Origin: Candidatus Micrarchaeota archaeon
GTDB taxonomy: Archaea > Micrarchaeota > Micrarchaeia > Anstonellales > Bilamarchaeaceae
NCBI GenBank assembly: GCA_040754495.1
Contig: JBFMCO010000014.1
Location: forward strand, 1 to 58,314
Direction of reading: 5' to 3'
DNA length: 58,314 bases
A program made the position numbers and the translations under genes. The notes below the pieces were generated by a model. The model did no database searches. It saw only the letters and a list, made by a program, of their open reading frames with translations, and was not told the origin of the DNA. This document shows, piece by piece, positions 27,703-36,697 of the stretch (position 1 is the stretch's first letter; every line of letters starts with the position of its first letter).

Positions 27703-27799
27703 AGGGGCAGCCCTTCAGTATCTTAAATTTTATCCGCTTTTTGTCAGTTTTTTCCTCCGCTCCTCCCCCGTTTTAAACCCGTCTTAATATAGGGACTAC

Positions 27800-28438
27800 A
27801 TGCAGTCGTCCATAGCCGGCATAGACGAGGCCGGAAGAGGGCCGGTCATAGGCCCCCTTGTCATCTGCTGCGCCTCGTGCAGGAGGGAGGACGAGAAGGC
27901 CCTCCGGAAGCTGGCATCGAAAGACTCCAAGGCGCTCACAGCAGCCCAGCGGGAGGAGAACTACGCGAAGCTGAAGGGCTTCGTGACGTTCCGCTGGCAC
28001 GAAATCAGCGCGGCGGACCTGAACCGGCTCATGGAAAGCATGACGCTCAACGACATAGAGGCCAAGTACATGGCCGACCTGATAAAGAAGGCCGGGGACG
28101 GGGACGTCATGATAGACATGCCCGACCGCTACTCGTGGACCTTCCGCAGGAGGATGGAGCGCTTCGGGGTGGACAAATTCGAGGCGGAGCACAAGGCGGA
28201 CGAGAATTACCCTATCGTGGCCGCCGCCTCGATATGCGCGAAAATCATCCGCGACGCGAAAATAGAGGAGATACGGAAGGCGACATGCGATTTCGGGAGC
28301 GGCTATCCGGGCGACCCGAAGACAGTGGCCGCCCTGAAGGACAAGGCGAAGCGCGCCATGCTCGAGCCGTTCATCCGGCAGAAGTGGAAGACGCTCGAAA
28401 ACATAAAGCAGACGAAGCTGTTCGATTCAAGTGATTAG
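27800..28438 (+). CDS. rnhB: Ribonuclease HII
   Basis: GIDEAGRGPVIGPL, DSK.L, EHKAD..YP.VAAASI.AK, GSGYP.DP. Confidence 0.95.
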   Translation: MQSSIAGIDEAGRGPVIGPLVICCASCRREDEKALRKLASKDSKALTAAQREENYAKLKGFVTFRWHEISAADLNRLMESMTLNDIEAKYMADLIKKAGDGDVMIDMPDRYSWTFRRRMERFGVDKFEAEHKADENYPIVAAASICAKIIRDAKIEEIRKATCDFGSGYPGDPKTVAALKDKAKRAMLEPFIRQKWKTLENIKQTKLFDSSD

Positions 28439-28720
28439 ATGGCAAAGGTCAGGGTCAGGAACGACAATGTCACGCTCGAGATTCCGGACGGGGGCTTCCT
28501 CCTCCCCTACCTGTGGGAGAAAACCTCCTTCCCCCAGGGCTGCGAGGACGGCACCACGCCGATTTGCGCGTGCGTCATCCTGAAGGGCGAGGAGAACGTG
28601 AGCCACAAGACGCAGCGCGAAATCGAGACCCTGCACAACGCGAGGCTCCCGAATTCCCATAAGAACCGCCTCGCGTGCCAGATGTACATAAAGAAAGGGG
28701 AAGTCGAAATAGAATACTGA
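28439..28720 (+). CDS. 2Fe-2S ferredoxin-like protein with atypical Cys spacing
   Basis: GCEDGTTPICAC...G.EN...RLACQ. Confidence 0.75.
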   Translation: MAKVRVRNDNVTLEIPDGGFLLPYLWEKTSFPQGCEDGTTPICACVILKGEENVSHKTQREIETLHNARLPNSHKNRLACQMYIKKGEVEIEY

Positions 28721-28758
28721 GTGAAGGGAACCAAGGTTCCCATCCACCCTCCTTTTTT

Positions 28759-29496
28759 TCAGCCGCCGGTGCCGTTGCTCTCAACCGTAATGGTGCCGGT
28801 CAGCGCCCTGAAGAGCTGCGAGTAGTATTCGCACTCGCCGAGCTCGGTCATGGCGATTGTGGCGTTCTTGCCCGAGGCTATGGAGCCGGTGTCGAATATC
28901 TTCGCGCCCCCGATGAAGCACGTCGCGGTCTGGGGCATCTGGCCCTCGTTCACCCACGTCACGCGGTCCCCGAGCTTCACCGTGAGCGATTCAGGCTCGA
29001 AGCCATCGCCCGTTATCTTTACCGTGTAGTCGACCGGCACGTACTCGGCAGGCCTCTCCCTCTCTATCGTGAAGGTGACCGTCTTGGAGACGGTTGGCGA
29101 GTACGGCGTCCTGTCGTTGTTGAGCAGCTCCACCTTTATGGTGTGCGTCCCGAGGGACATCCCGCTTATGAGATAATTCTTCGTGGTCACGGTCTGGGGC
29201 ACGCCGTCGTCGACGGTCACCCGGAAGTGGCCTTCCCCTTTCTTCGCCGCGCCGCCGGGCGAGCGGAGTATCAGGTTCTGCGTTGTGATGCTCAGCGTGA
29301 TGTCCGCGGTATCGCCCTGCGTCAGCACGACCTCGCCTTCCGCGGGGCTCGCGATGCTCATGGCCACCGGCTTTGCAGGCGGCGGTGGCGGAGGCGGTGG
29401 AGGCGTCTCATTGGTCAGGTTCTGCTCCTGAGGAAACAGGAAGCAGCCCGAAATCACTAGCGAAACCAGTATCAGGCCCAAGAACAGCGCTCTCAT
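28759..29496 (-). CDS. Lipoprotein with Ig-like (DUF4399-like) domain and cupredoxin-like domain
   Basis: Lipobox ISGC, poly-Pro linker, GHFRVTVD, F.P..LTVK.GD.VTWVN. Confidence 0.75.
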   Translation of the reverse strand: MRALFLGLILVSLVISGCFLFPQEQNLTNETPPPPPPPPPAKPVAMSIASPAEGEVVLTQGDTADITLSITTQNLILRSPGGAAKKGEGHFRVTVDDGVPQTVTTKNYLISGMSLGTHTIKVELLNNDRTPYSPTVSKTVTFTIERERPAEYVPVDYTVKITGDGFEPESLTVKLGDRVTWVNEGQMPQTATCFIGGAKIFDTGSIASGKNATIAMTELGECEYYSQLFRALTGTITVESNGTGG

Positions 29497-29551
29497 GAGG
29501 AGATTCTTCCCCCGAAAGTCATTTTAAAGCGTTGCCCCAGCGTTCATTCCG

Positions 29552-30190
29552 ATGACAAAGGCGGTATTATTCGATTTCGACGGCGTCATAGTGGACTCCG
29601 AGCCGCTGCACATGAAGACGTTCCTGGAACTCCTCGCTCCCTACGGAGTGGAAGTTGGCACCGAGCGATGGTACCGGGAATTCGCGGGGACGGGCTCAAG
29701 GCACATCTTCGAGGTCCTCGTGAAGGAGCACGGCATCCAGGAGGACGTCGACGGGCTGGTGGCCAGGAGGAAGGCGCTCTACGAGTCCAGGGTGCGCGCA
29801 GGCGCCCTGAAGGAGATGCCCGGCGTGCGTGATTTCCTGCGCCTTCTCCGCGAGCGCGGCATCAAGGCCGCGATAGTTTCCGGCAGCCACAGGACCAACG
29901 TGCAGGCAGCCCTCGAGATGCTCTCGCTTGGCCAATTCGACCTCATCGTGAGCGGGGACGACCTGAAGGAGAGGAAGCCCGAGCCGGGCCCTTTCCTTTT
30001 CGCCGCAAAGAGGCTCGGCCTGAAGCCGGGCGAATGCCTGGTCATCGAGGATTCGATATCCGGGTGCGTCGCCGCGCGCAGGGCCGGGATGCGCCTTGTC
30101 TGGATGAAGCCACCGGTCGGCTTGGCGCAGCAGGAAGCCGACCTCGTGGTCTCTGATTTCCGGGACAAGGGCCTGCTTGGCCTCCTATGA
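29552..30190 (+). CDS. HAD-family phosphatase (beta-PGM-like)
   Basis: FDFDGVIVDSE, KPEP, IEDS..G..AA..AGM. Confidence 0.9.
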   Translation: MTKAVLFDFDGVIVDSEPLHMKTFLELLAPYGVEVGTERWYREFAGTGSRHIFEVLVKEHGIQEDVDGLVARRKALYESRVRAGALKEMPGVRDFLRLLRERGIKAAIVSGSHRTNVQAALEMLSLGQFDLIVSGDDLKERKPEPGPFLFAAKRLGLKPGECLVIEDSISGCVAARRAGMRLVWMKPPVGLAQQEADLVVSDFRDKGLLGLL

Positions 30191-31039
30191 TTCCAGGCTC
30201 TGGACCGCCGCGAGCGCGGCCCTCATCTCCACGGCCGACTGGTACCTTTTCCCGGGCTCATTCTCGGTCGCCTTGGCTATTATCGTCCCTATCCTGGAAG
30301 GGAGGCGGATGCGCTGTACCTTGTCTCCCGGGTTTGGCGGCATGCCCGTCAGCATGTACGACGCCAGCATGCCTGCGGCGTAGAGGTCCGTCCTCCCGTC
30401 CACCCCCGCCCCGAACATCTCCGGGGCGGCGAACATCCCGTTTCCAGGGACGAAGGAGAGCGTGAAGAACGAGCGCCAGCCCATCCTCTCCGAAACCCCG
30501 AAGTCTATCAGGGTCGGGGCGTTTCCGTCAAGCATTACGTTTTCGGGCTTCACGTCGCGGTGCACGAATCCCGCTCCGTGCGCCGCTTCCAGGGCTGACA
30601 GCACGCCATCGAGTATGGCCCGGGACTCTCCCCACGGCAGGCTCCCGAGCCTCATGATGCGCTCGTGCAGGGACTCGCCTGCCAAATGCCCGAGAACCAG
30701 AAATGGGGCGCCTTCGAACGGCCCGTCCCTGAAAACCCCGGAGTCGAGGAGGGCGATTACATTCGGATGGATTATGCAGCGCAGTGCCTTCTCTTCCTTG
30801 CGCAATGCCGTGCGGGCATTGTCCGTCCCGGCCGCTATCTTGATGGCGACCTCGTCCCCGCTCTTCCTGTCGAGCGCCCGGTATACCGTCGCCATGCACT
30901 CGCTTCCCTCCCTCTCGGCAAGCTCGAAGCGGGCCATGCTCTCGGGCTGGCTCCGGAACGGCCGAAGCTCGCGCAGGATGCAGGCGAGGCCCCTCGCCTT
31001 CGCCTCGCTCATGGCGGGCTCTGGGCGCTCTTTCTTCAT
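30185..31039 (-). CDS. Hanks-type Ser/Thr protein kinase (kinase domain only)
   Basis: VAIK, HRDVKPEN, DFG, APE, D.YA.G. Confidence 0.85.
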   Translation of the reverse strand: MKKERPEPAMSEAKARGLACILRELRPFRSQPESMARFELAEREGSECMATVYRALDRKSGDEVAIKIAAGTDNARTALRKEEKALRCIIHPNVIALLDSGVFRDGPFEGAPFLVLGHLAGESLHERIMRLGSLPWGESRAILDGVLSALEAAHGAGFVHRDVKPENVMLDGNAPTLIDFGVSERMGWRSFFTLSFVPGNGMFAAPEMFGAGVDGRTDLYAAGMLASYMLTGMPPNPGDKVQRIRLPSRIGTIIAKATENEPGKRYQSAVEMRAALAAVQSLES

Positions 31040-31065
31040 GTGATAATTAGTGGATGAACGTTATT

Positions 31066-32058
31066 TTAAAGTGATGCGATTGCCTCCCTCATTTCGGCAG
31101 CGGTCTGGAACCGCTTCTCCGGGTCCTTTTCGAGGGCGCGCATCATGACCGCATTAGCTCCCCCTGGGATTATGACTCCCAGCTCGCTTAATGGGAGGGG
31201 GCGCGCCTTTCTTATCTGCTCTACAATCGCGTAGGCACTGAAAGAACCGGCATCATACGGCCTCCTGCCGCTCAGCATCTCGTACATGATAACGCCGGCC
31301 GCATGGATGTCCGCCTTGCGGTCGAAGTCTTTTCCGGCCAGCTGCTCGGGTGCCATGTAAGCGATGGTACCGGCTATGACGCCCGGGGGTGTACGTTCGG
31401 CATCCCCGTCCGGGGCGTCCGTGAATTTCGCAAGGCCGAAGTCGATGAGTTTCAGGATGCGCCTCCCCTCATCGTCCAGCACGAGTATATTGCCCGGTTT
31501 CAGGTCACCATGGACGACAGCCGCATTATGCGCCGCCTCAAGGGCGTTGCATAACTGCGTCAGAAAAGGCTTCGCATATTCCCACGGGAGCCCCGGACCG
31601 ATAATCCGTTCGAGTTGCATTCCTTCGAGATACTCCATCACGAGGAACTCCATGCCTTCTGCAAAGCCTACATCTACGAACCCGACGACATTCTCCTGGC
31701 TTATTCTTGAGAGCGCTTCAATCTCCCTTCTGAGGAACCGCGATGACTCCTCGATGGGCGTTGCCAGCCGGTCGGCCGCAAACTTCAGGGCGACTTTCCT
31801 GCCGCTTTCATCAATTGCCGAATAGACATCGCACATGTTGCCGGAACCGATAACGGTCCCGATTCGATAGCGGCCATCAACTATCCTGCCCTCCAGGTTG
31901 GCCGGCCCATCCAGTCTGTCGAAGAAGGCAGCGAACTCGTTTTGAGTCGGGACCTGCATTTTCGGCGTGGCGGCCCCCGTCATGGCCCGTCCCGGGTGGA
32001 GCATGGTCATGTTATAATTAGTGGTGGATTGTTCTTTTAAAGCTTGGTAAAAGCTCAT
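31066..32058 (-). CDS. Hanks-type Ser/Thr protein kinase (non-RD)
   Basis: IGSGNMCDVY, VALK, HGDLKPGN, DFG, GTIAYMAPEQ, RPY, DP.KRF. Confidence 0.9.
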   Translation of the reverse strand: MSFYQALKEQSTTNYNMTMLHPGRAMTGAATPKMQVPTQNEFAAFFDRLDGPANLEGRIVDGRYRIGTVIGSGNMCDVYSAIDESGRKVALKFAADRLATPIEESSRFLRREIEALSRISQENVVGFVDVGFAEGMEFLVMEYLEGMQLERIIGPGLPWEYAKPFLTQLCNALEAAHNAAVVHGDLKPGNILVLDDEGRRILKLIDFGLAKFTDAPDGDAERTPPGVIAGTIAYMAPEQLAGKDFDRKADIHAAGVIMYEMLSGRRPYDAGSFSAYAIVEQIRKARPLPLSELGVIIPGGANAVMMRALEKDPEKRFQTAAEMREAIASL

Positions 32059-32089
32059 TTTTATACTTATCTCGCCACAATTACTCCCA

Positions 32090-33832
32090 ATGACAAGACG
32101 CCTCGCCGCCGCATTCGCCGTTTCGGCAGCCGTGCATGTGCCCCTCTGGGGAGGATACGCCTATCACAATTCCCCGCGCGTGCGCGAATACTTCGACCGC
32201 ACCGAGAAAGCGGCCGAATCCGCCAAATTCTACTGGAAACGGGAATCCCTCAAGAGGGAAGCCAGGGCCGGAAAAATCGGGATGGGGGAATTCATTCTCA
32301 GGGCAAACGAGATAGATTCAGAGGCCGGCAATCTCCCGTTCGATTATGCGAAATCCGAGAAGGCGTACTCCGAGCGCCTCAACAATATCCGGATGCTTCT
32401 CGCTCTTGGCGCGCCCCTCGAGGACGCGGTGCCGGCGGTCCTTAAAGACATGAACTATCACGGGGCGGGCGGAATTCTCATGGGGACGGCGCTCATCGAA
32501 AAAGGCGGCTCTTGCGAGCAGATGTCCCACCTGATTGCGGCGCTCGCCGCAGACTCGGATCACGAAACGAGCTTGCGGTATTACGGCCCAAATAGCGCAG
32601 GGGTGAGCCATATCACCGCGATAGCGAAAATAGGCGGCCGGGAGCACGACCTGATGGCTGGCCGAGATGCAGTCCGGAAGGGCTCAATTTTCCGTGCGCA
32701 GGAGCTGATAAGCATGTACGACAGCGGAAAAGGCGGCTTTGCATATCCCGAAGCGAAAGAGTCGTATAGCGAGGCGCCCGTGCCGCTTTTCGAATCGAAG
32801 GCCGTGCACCCTCCGGGAGAAGGCAGGGACGTGGACGTCCGCAGCGAGCGGATGCAGTCGGATCCCCTTACCACGCCGCCACACGAGATATCCGGCGAGG
32901 CCTTCCACAATTTTCTAGCGGGAAAGCCGCTATGCGGAGGAAACGGCAACTGCTCCACGCTTGAGGGGCAGCTCATGCGCGGTCCCCTCAACTTTGATTT
33001 TCTTGCGGGTAAAGACGCCCTTCTCGGTCTGTCCTCAGGCAAGGCGGTCTCGTTCTCCATCTACGACAGCGGCGAGGCCGAGCGCTTCCTCCCGGAGCTG
33101 TCGCGCATCATGCTGAGCGTCGAGGCGGCGATAGGGAAAAGCACGCGTAAAGGCGAGCGGGTAGTGCTGTACGGCACCCTTGCCGGCCTCTACAACAAAT
33201 CCGAGCTGCTCCTTGCGATTGCCGGGAAAGGCTCCCTTTCGAAGCACGCCGCCTCGATGAAAGAAAAAGCAATCAGGGATGGCGAAAAAGAGCTTGAAGG
33301 CGTGACCGCCCGGGAAGTTCTCGAGGCGCTTGAGCAAGCGGAAGCGGGCCCGATGCTGGACCCGCGGAACGTCCTTTTCCTGGGGAAGAAGGGACGCGCC
33401 CTCGCCCTGGAAATCGTCCGCCGCCATGCCGATGCCTACGCAAGATATCTTAACGCCCCAATTGATGCCCGCCCCAATACCACCGGGCAGCTCCTTCCCC
33501 CTACGGTCCCGATGTTGTCCTTCCTGGAGTCCGAGACTATCCGTGGCGACGTGCATGACATCCTGGAAAGCCATCCGGACAGCCGCCGGCTCATAATCAC
33601 CCTCGTCATCGCTACCCGCTATTCGCCCGATGACGCAGACTGCCGGAGGCTTCTCTGCAAGGCAGGCCGGGCATACCATGGCTTCCTGTCCTCCAGGGCT
33701 GCATCCTCATCGTCCTTTTCGGACTCTACCCCGCTAGCTGGAGCCTTCGCGGCAGAGGGCCTTGGCATTGAATGGCAAAACGAGTTTATGGCACTATGGA
33801 AAAGGATATCCGTAAATTACACAACCTTCTGA
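32090..33832 (+). CDS. Membrane-anchored hypothetical protein, possible transglutaminase-like Cys-His-Asp domain
   Basis: N-terminal hydrophobic helix; GGSCEQ...SHI...HDL order. Confidence 0.5.
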   Translation: MTRRLAAAFAVSAAVHVPLWGGYAYHNSPRVREYFDRTEKAAESAKFYWKRESLKREARAGKIGMGEFILRANEIDSEAGNLPFDYAKSEKAYSERLNNIRMLLALGAPLEDAVPAVLKDMNYHGAGGILMGTALIEKGGSCEQMSHLIAALAADSDHETSLRYYGPNSAGVSHITAIAKIGGREHDLMAGRDAVRKGSIFRAQELISMYDSGKGGFAYPEAKESYSEAPVPLFESKAVHPPGEGRDVDVRSERMQSDPLTTPPHEISGEAFHNFLAGKPLCGGNGNCSTLEGQLMRGPLNFDFLAGKDALLGLSSGKAVSFSIYDSGEAERFLPELSRIMLSVEAAIGKSTRKGERVVLYGTLAGLYNKSELLLAIAGKGSLSKHAASMKEKAIRDGEKELEGVTAREVLEALEQAEAGPMLDPRNVLFLGKKGRALALEIVRRHADAYARYLNAPIDARPNTTGQLLPPTVPMLSFLESETIRGDVHDILESHPDSRRLIITLVIATRYSPDDADCRRLLCKAGRAYHGFLSSRAASSSSFSDSTPLAGAFAAEGLGIEWQNEFMALWKRISVNYTTF

Positions 33833-33905
33833 AAGCCCGGAAGGCATCGGCATTAAATGTTTTGGTGGCATTAATTCTTATTCGGAAATCCGCTCGAGGT
33901 CATTC

Positions 33906-35081
33906 ATGATAAAGCTTGAGCTGGACCGGAAAAAGCGTTCACTGCGCGTGAAGGAGCCGGCCGACGTCTCCTCGCTGCAGAACGGGTTTTACGGCCAGAT
34001 GAAAAGGGGCATAATATACCTCTCCCCAGAGGAAGCGCTGTACGTGATGGACATACGCAACGGCCGCTGCTACGACGGGGCGGGCAACGAATACACGTTC
34101 AACGACGTGGCGTCACTGTTCCTGAAGAACAGGAAGCTCCTCGCCCGCTACCTCACCTACAAGGACTACCGCGACAAGGGCCTGATACTCCGCAACGCCT
34201 CCGAGGCGGACGGGGCCTACGGGCGGAGCATCTCCATCCGCTACCAGAGCTCCGAGCTCTCGCTCGACTCGTTCTCGTTCCAGGGGCTCTTCTTCCCGAA
34301 CGACCTCATAACGCTTGTCGACGACGAGAGGGTGGGAAAGGAGCTCTATGAGCGCTTCTGGCTCGGCCAGTTCGGGACTTACAAGGCCGCGCACAGGGGC
34401 CGTATCTCCAAACTTGACATTTACGAGACAATCTTCCTGCTCAAGCATGGCGACCTCCGCCTGCGGAACGCGAAGCTCGGGGATGTAGAAAAGGCCGCCC
34501 GCAAGCGCATCAAGTTCTTCAGCGACATGTACCTTGTCTATGAGGACTGGCGCAAGCGCGGCTACGTAGTGAAGACCGGGTTCAAGTTCGGCACGCATTT
34601 CCGCATCTACTTCCCGGGCGCGTCGCCGGTCCGCAGCGAGGAGGAATGGATGCACTCGAAGCACGTCATCCACGTGTTCCCGAGGAAGCACAAGCTTATC
34701 ATCTCGGAGTGGGCAAGGGCCATCCGCGTCGCGCACAGCGTGAAGAAGACGTTCATCCTCGCCATCCCGGGCAAGAAGACGCCAATCGAGGTCAATCCGA
34801 AAAAGCGCAGGCTCGATTTCCTGCTCTATCACCGGAAGAAGGGCGGCATAGAGACGCCCAAGGACGGCACTCCGCGCTATTTCATGTACTCGCTGACCGA
34901 GGACGAGTATATCGGGGGCGAGGGGCTTGCAGAAGCCCTCGCCGAGTGCTCGCAGTCGGGCCTTGAGATGATGATGGCCATCTCGGACCGGGAGAGCAGC
35001 GTCACCTACTACGTGATAAAGGCCATAGACCTGCCCGGCAGCGAATACGAGTATTACGAAATCGAGTGGCTTCAGCCTTGA
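33906..35081 (+). CDS. endA: tRNA-intron lyase, epsilon2 (three-unit, ARMAN-type)
   Basis: 391 aa; KTGFKFGTHFRIY(Y235), H250, K281, and GQFGTYK(K160) loop. Confidence 0.92.
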   Translation: MIKLELDRKKRSLRVKEPADVSSLQNGFYGQMKRGIIYLSPEEALYVMDIRNGRCYDGAGNEYTFNDVASLFLKNRKLLARYLTYKDYRDKGLILRNASEADGAYGRSISIRYQSSELSLDSFSFQGLFFPNDLITLVDDERVGKELYERFWLGQFGTYKAAHRGRISKLDIYETIFLLKHGDLRLRNAKLGDVEKAARKRIKFFSDMYLVYEDWRKRGYVVKTGFKFGTHFRIYFPGASPVRSEEEWMHSKHVIHVFPRKHKLIISEWARAIRVAHSVKKTFILAIPGKKTPIEVNPKKRRLDFLLYHRKKGGIETPKDGTPRYFMYSLTEDEYIGGEGLAEALAECSQSGLEMMMAISDRESSVTYYVIKAIDLPGSEYEYYEIEWLQP

Positions 35082-35683
35082 AGCTCCGGCCCTGCGCCCC
35101 GCTCCAGGGGCACCTGCATTGATTTCCTGTCGAAGAGGATATCCACGCGCGTCTTTATGCTGAACGTGAGCCCCCTCGCCGCCGCGCCTTCGAAGACCGA
35201 GTGGAGGAGCTCGTTCGCGAAATTCGGGTCTTCCATCAGCCGCTCCGCCATCTGCCCTAGAAGCCTCTCCGGCATCCTGAGCGCGAGCGTTCCCGCCCCG
35301 CACCCCTCTTCCCCCTGGAGCATCAGGCCGTGTATCGCGAAAAATGAGGTATCTCCCCCGGACTTCGCCATCACGAACGGGTCCCCGGTCCCGAGCGCCT
35401 CGCGCGTTATGTCGAACTTCAGGATTAGCAGCTCCATCGACACTGCTTTAGCCTCCTGCTCCGGTTCGCGCGGGCCGCAAAGGTGCGCCCGGATGGCCGC
35501 CTCCGGGGCATTCCCGCCCTGGACCTCCAGCGCAACCGCGCGGCATTTCATCATGCCGACAGACTCATCGCAGACGGAACGGAGGAGCAGGTCTTTCGTT
35601 ACCGGCCCCTCTGAGATGGGCGAGCGGGGCGCCGCCCTGCCTCTCGCAGTATCCACTCTGGTTTGGACAAGTCCGTGGCTCAT
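35072..35683 (-). CDS. Hypothetical protein
   Basis: 203-aa ORF filling gap between endA and parvulin. Confidence 0.5.
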   Translation of the reverse strand: MSHGLVQTRVDTARGRAAPRSPISEGPVTKDLLLRSVCDESVGMMKCRAVALEVQGGNAPEAAIRAHLCGPREPEQEAKAVSMELLILKFDITREALGTGDPFVMAKSGGDTSFFAIHGLMLQGEEGCGAGTLALRMPERLLGQMAERLMEDPNFANELLHSVFEGAAARGLTFSIKTRVDILFDRKSMQVPLERGAGPELQG

Positions 35684-35741
35684 GATGGGGATTGGGCGGC
35701 TAGGTTATTAAATGTTCAATCCGGTATACTTATGTGGTATT

Positions 35742-36014
35742 ATGATCAGAGCCAGCCATATCCTTGTGGAAGACGAGAAGACTGCAAAAAAGCTGAAGGC
35801 CGAACTGGACAAGGGGGCGGATTTTGCCAAACTGGCGAAGAAGCACTCCAAGTGCCCTAGCAATGAATCCGGAGGGGACCTGGGGTTCTTCGGCAAGGGG
35901 CAGATGGTGAAGCAATTCGAGGATGCTGCATTCTCACTTCCAGTCGGCGTCGCCTCCGGGCCGGTCAAAACGGAATTCGGGTGGCACCTCATACTGGTGA
36001 CCGCCAGAAGGTAG
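35742..36014 (+). CDS. ppiC: Parvulin-type peptidyl-prolyl isomerase
   Basis: RASHILV, FA.LAK.HS.CPS...[23 protein letters not shown]. Confidence 0.95.
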   Translation: MIRASHILVEDEKTAKKLKAELDKGADFAKLAKKHSKCPSNESGGDLGFFGKGQMVKQFEDAAFSLPVGVASGPVKTEFGWHLILVTARR

Positions 36015-36049
36015 CTTTTTAATCTATTTGTTTCATTATTTGTATTGGT

Positions 36050-36697
36050 GTGTATATGGGGTGGGTTGGGTATCTCGCAGCGTTACTCATTTTCATAAGC
36101 GTCAGCTTCGCCTACATAATCGAGTCGGGCGATGCCGGTACGCAGTTCGTCCAGGAAACCTCGGCGATAAAGTGCCAGGAGCCTGACGTACAGGCGGTCT
36201 ACGAGTGCCTCGGCAACGTGGTGAGGGTGGTCTCGTCCGTTCCTGGCGAAGGCAGCACGTTCTACAAGCCTGACGGCAAGGTCGTCCGCTGCCCGGTCGT
36301 CCCGCCCTCGGAGATGGGGGCAGAATGCCTGCAGATGATGACCCCCAATTACTGCCCCATCCAGGCAGAGTGCGGCTATTCGCCAGCCCCGGAAGTGTTC
36401 CCGGGCCAGAACGACACCCCGGAGCAGACCGGCGACATCGACTATTACGTGGTCGAGGGCATGGCAGCTACGGGCAACGTGAGCCAAGAGCCCGAGCCGC
36501 TTGAGGCGCCGGAGCCGTACGTTCCGAAGAAAAAGAACGCCACCCCGCGAAACGACTTCGATGCCCCTGCAGCGTCAACCGGCAACCTTGACTGGGCCTT
36601 CGGCTACCTGGTTTACGTCGTTCTTCTCCTCGGAGTCGGTGCCGTGGGCGTGCTTTTCATGCTCTTCAGGAACAGCCTTTCAGAGGAAGAGGCCTAA
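36050..36697 (+). CDS. Exported Cys-containing protein with C-terminal TM anchor
   Basis: Signal peptide, six Cys, C-terminal hydrophobic helix. Confidence 0.6.
   Translation: MYMGWVGYLAALLIFISVSFAYIIESGDAGTQFVQETSAIKCQEPDVQAVYECLGNVVRVVSSVPGEGSTFYKPDGKVVRCPVVPPSEMGAECLQMMTPNYCPIQAECGYSPAPEVFPGQNDTPEQTGDIDYYVVEGMAATGNVSQEPEPLEAPEPYVPKKKNATPRNDFDAPAASTGNLDWAFGYLVYVVLLLGVGAVGVLFMLFRNSLSEEEA

Noticed and set aside
29552-31039. HAD phosphatase as cognate partner of the kinases
   Set aside because: Convergent orientation and a beta-PGM-like small-molecule type; adjacency is probably incidental
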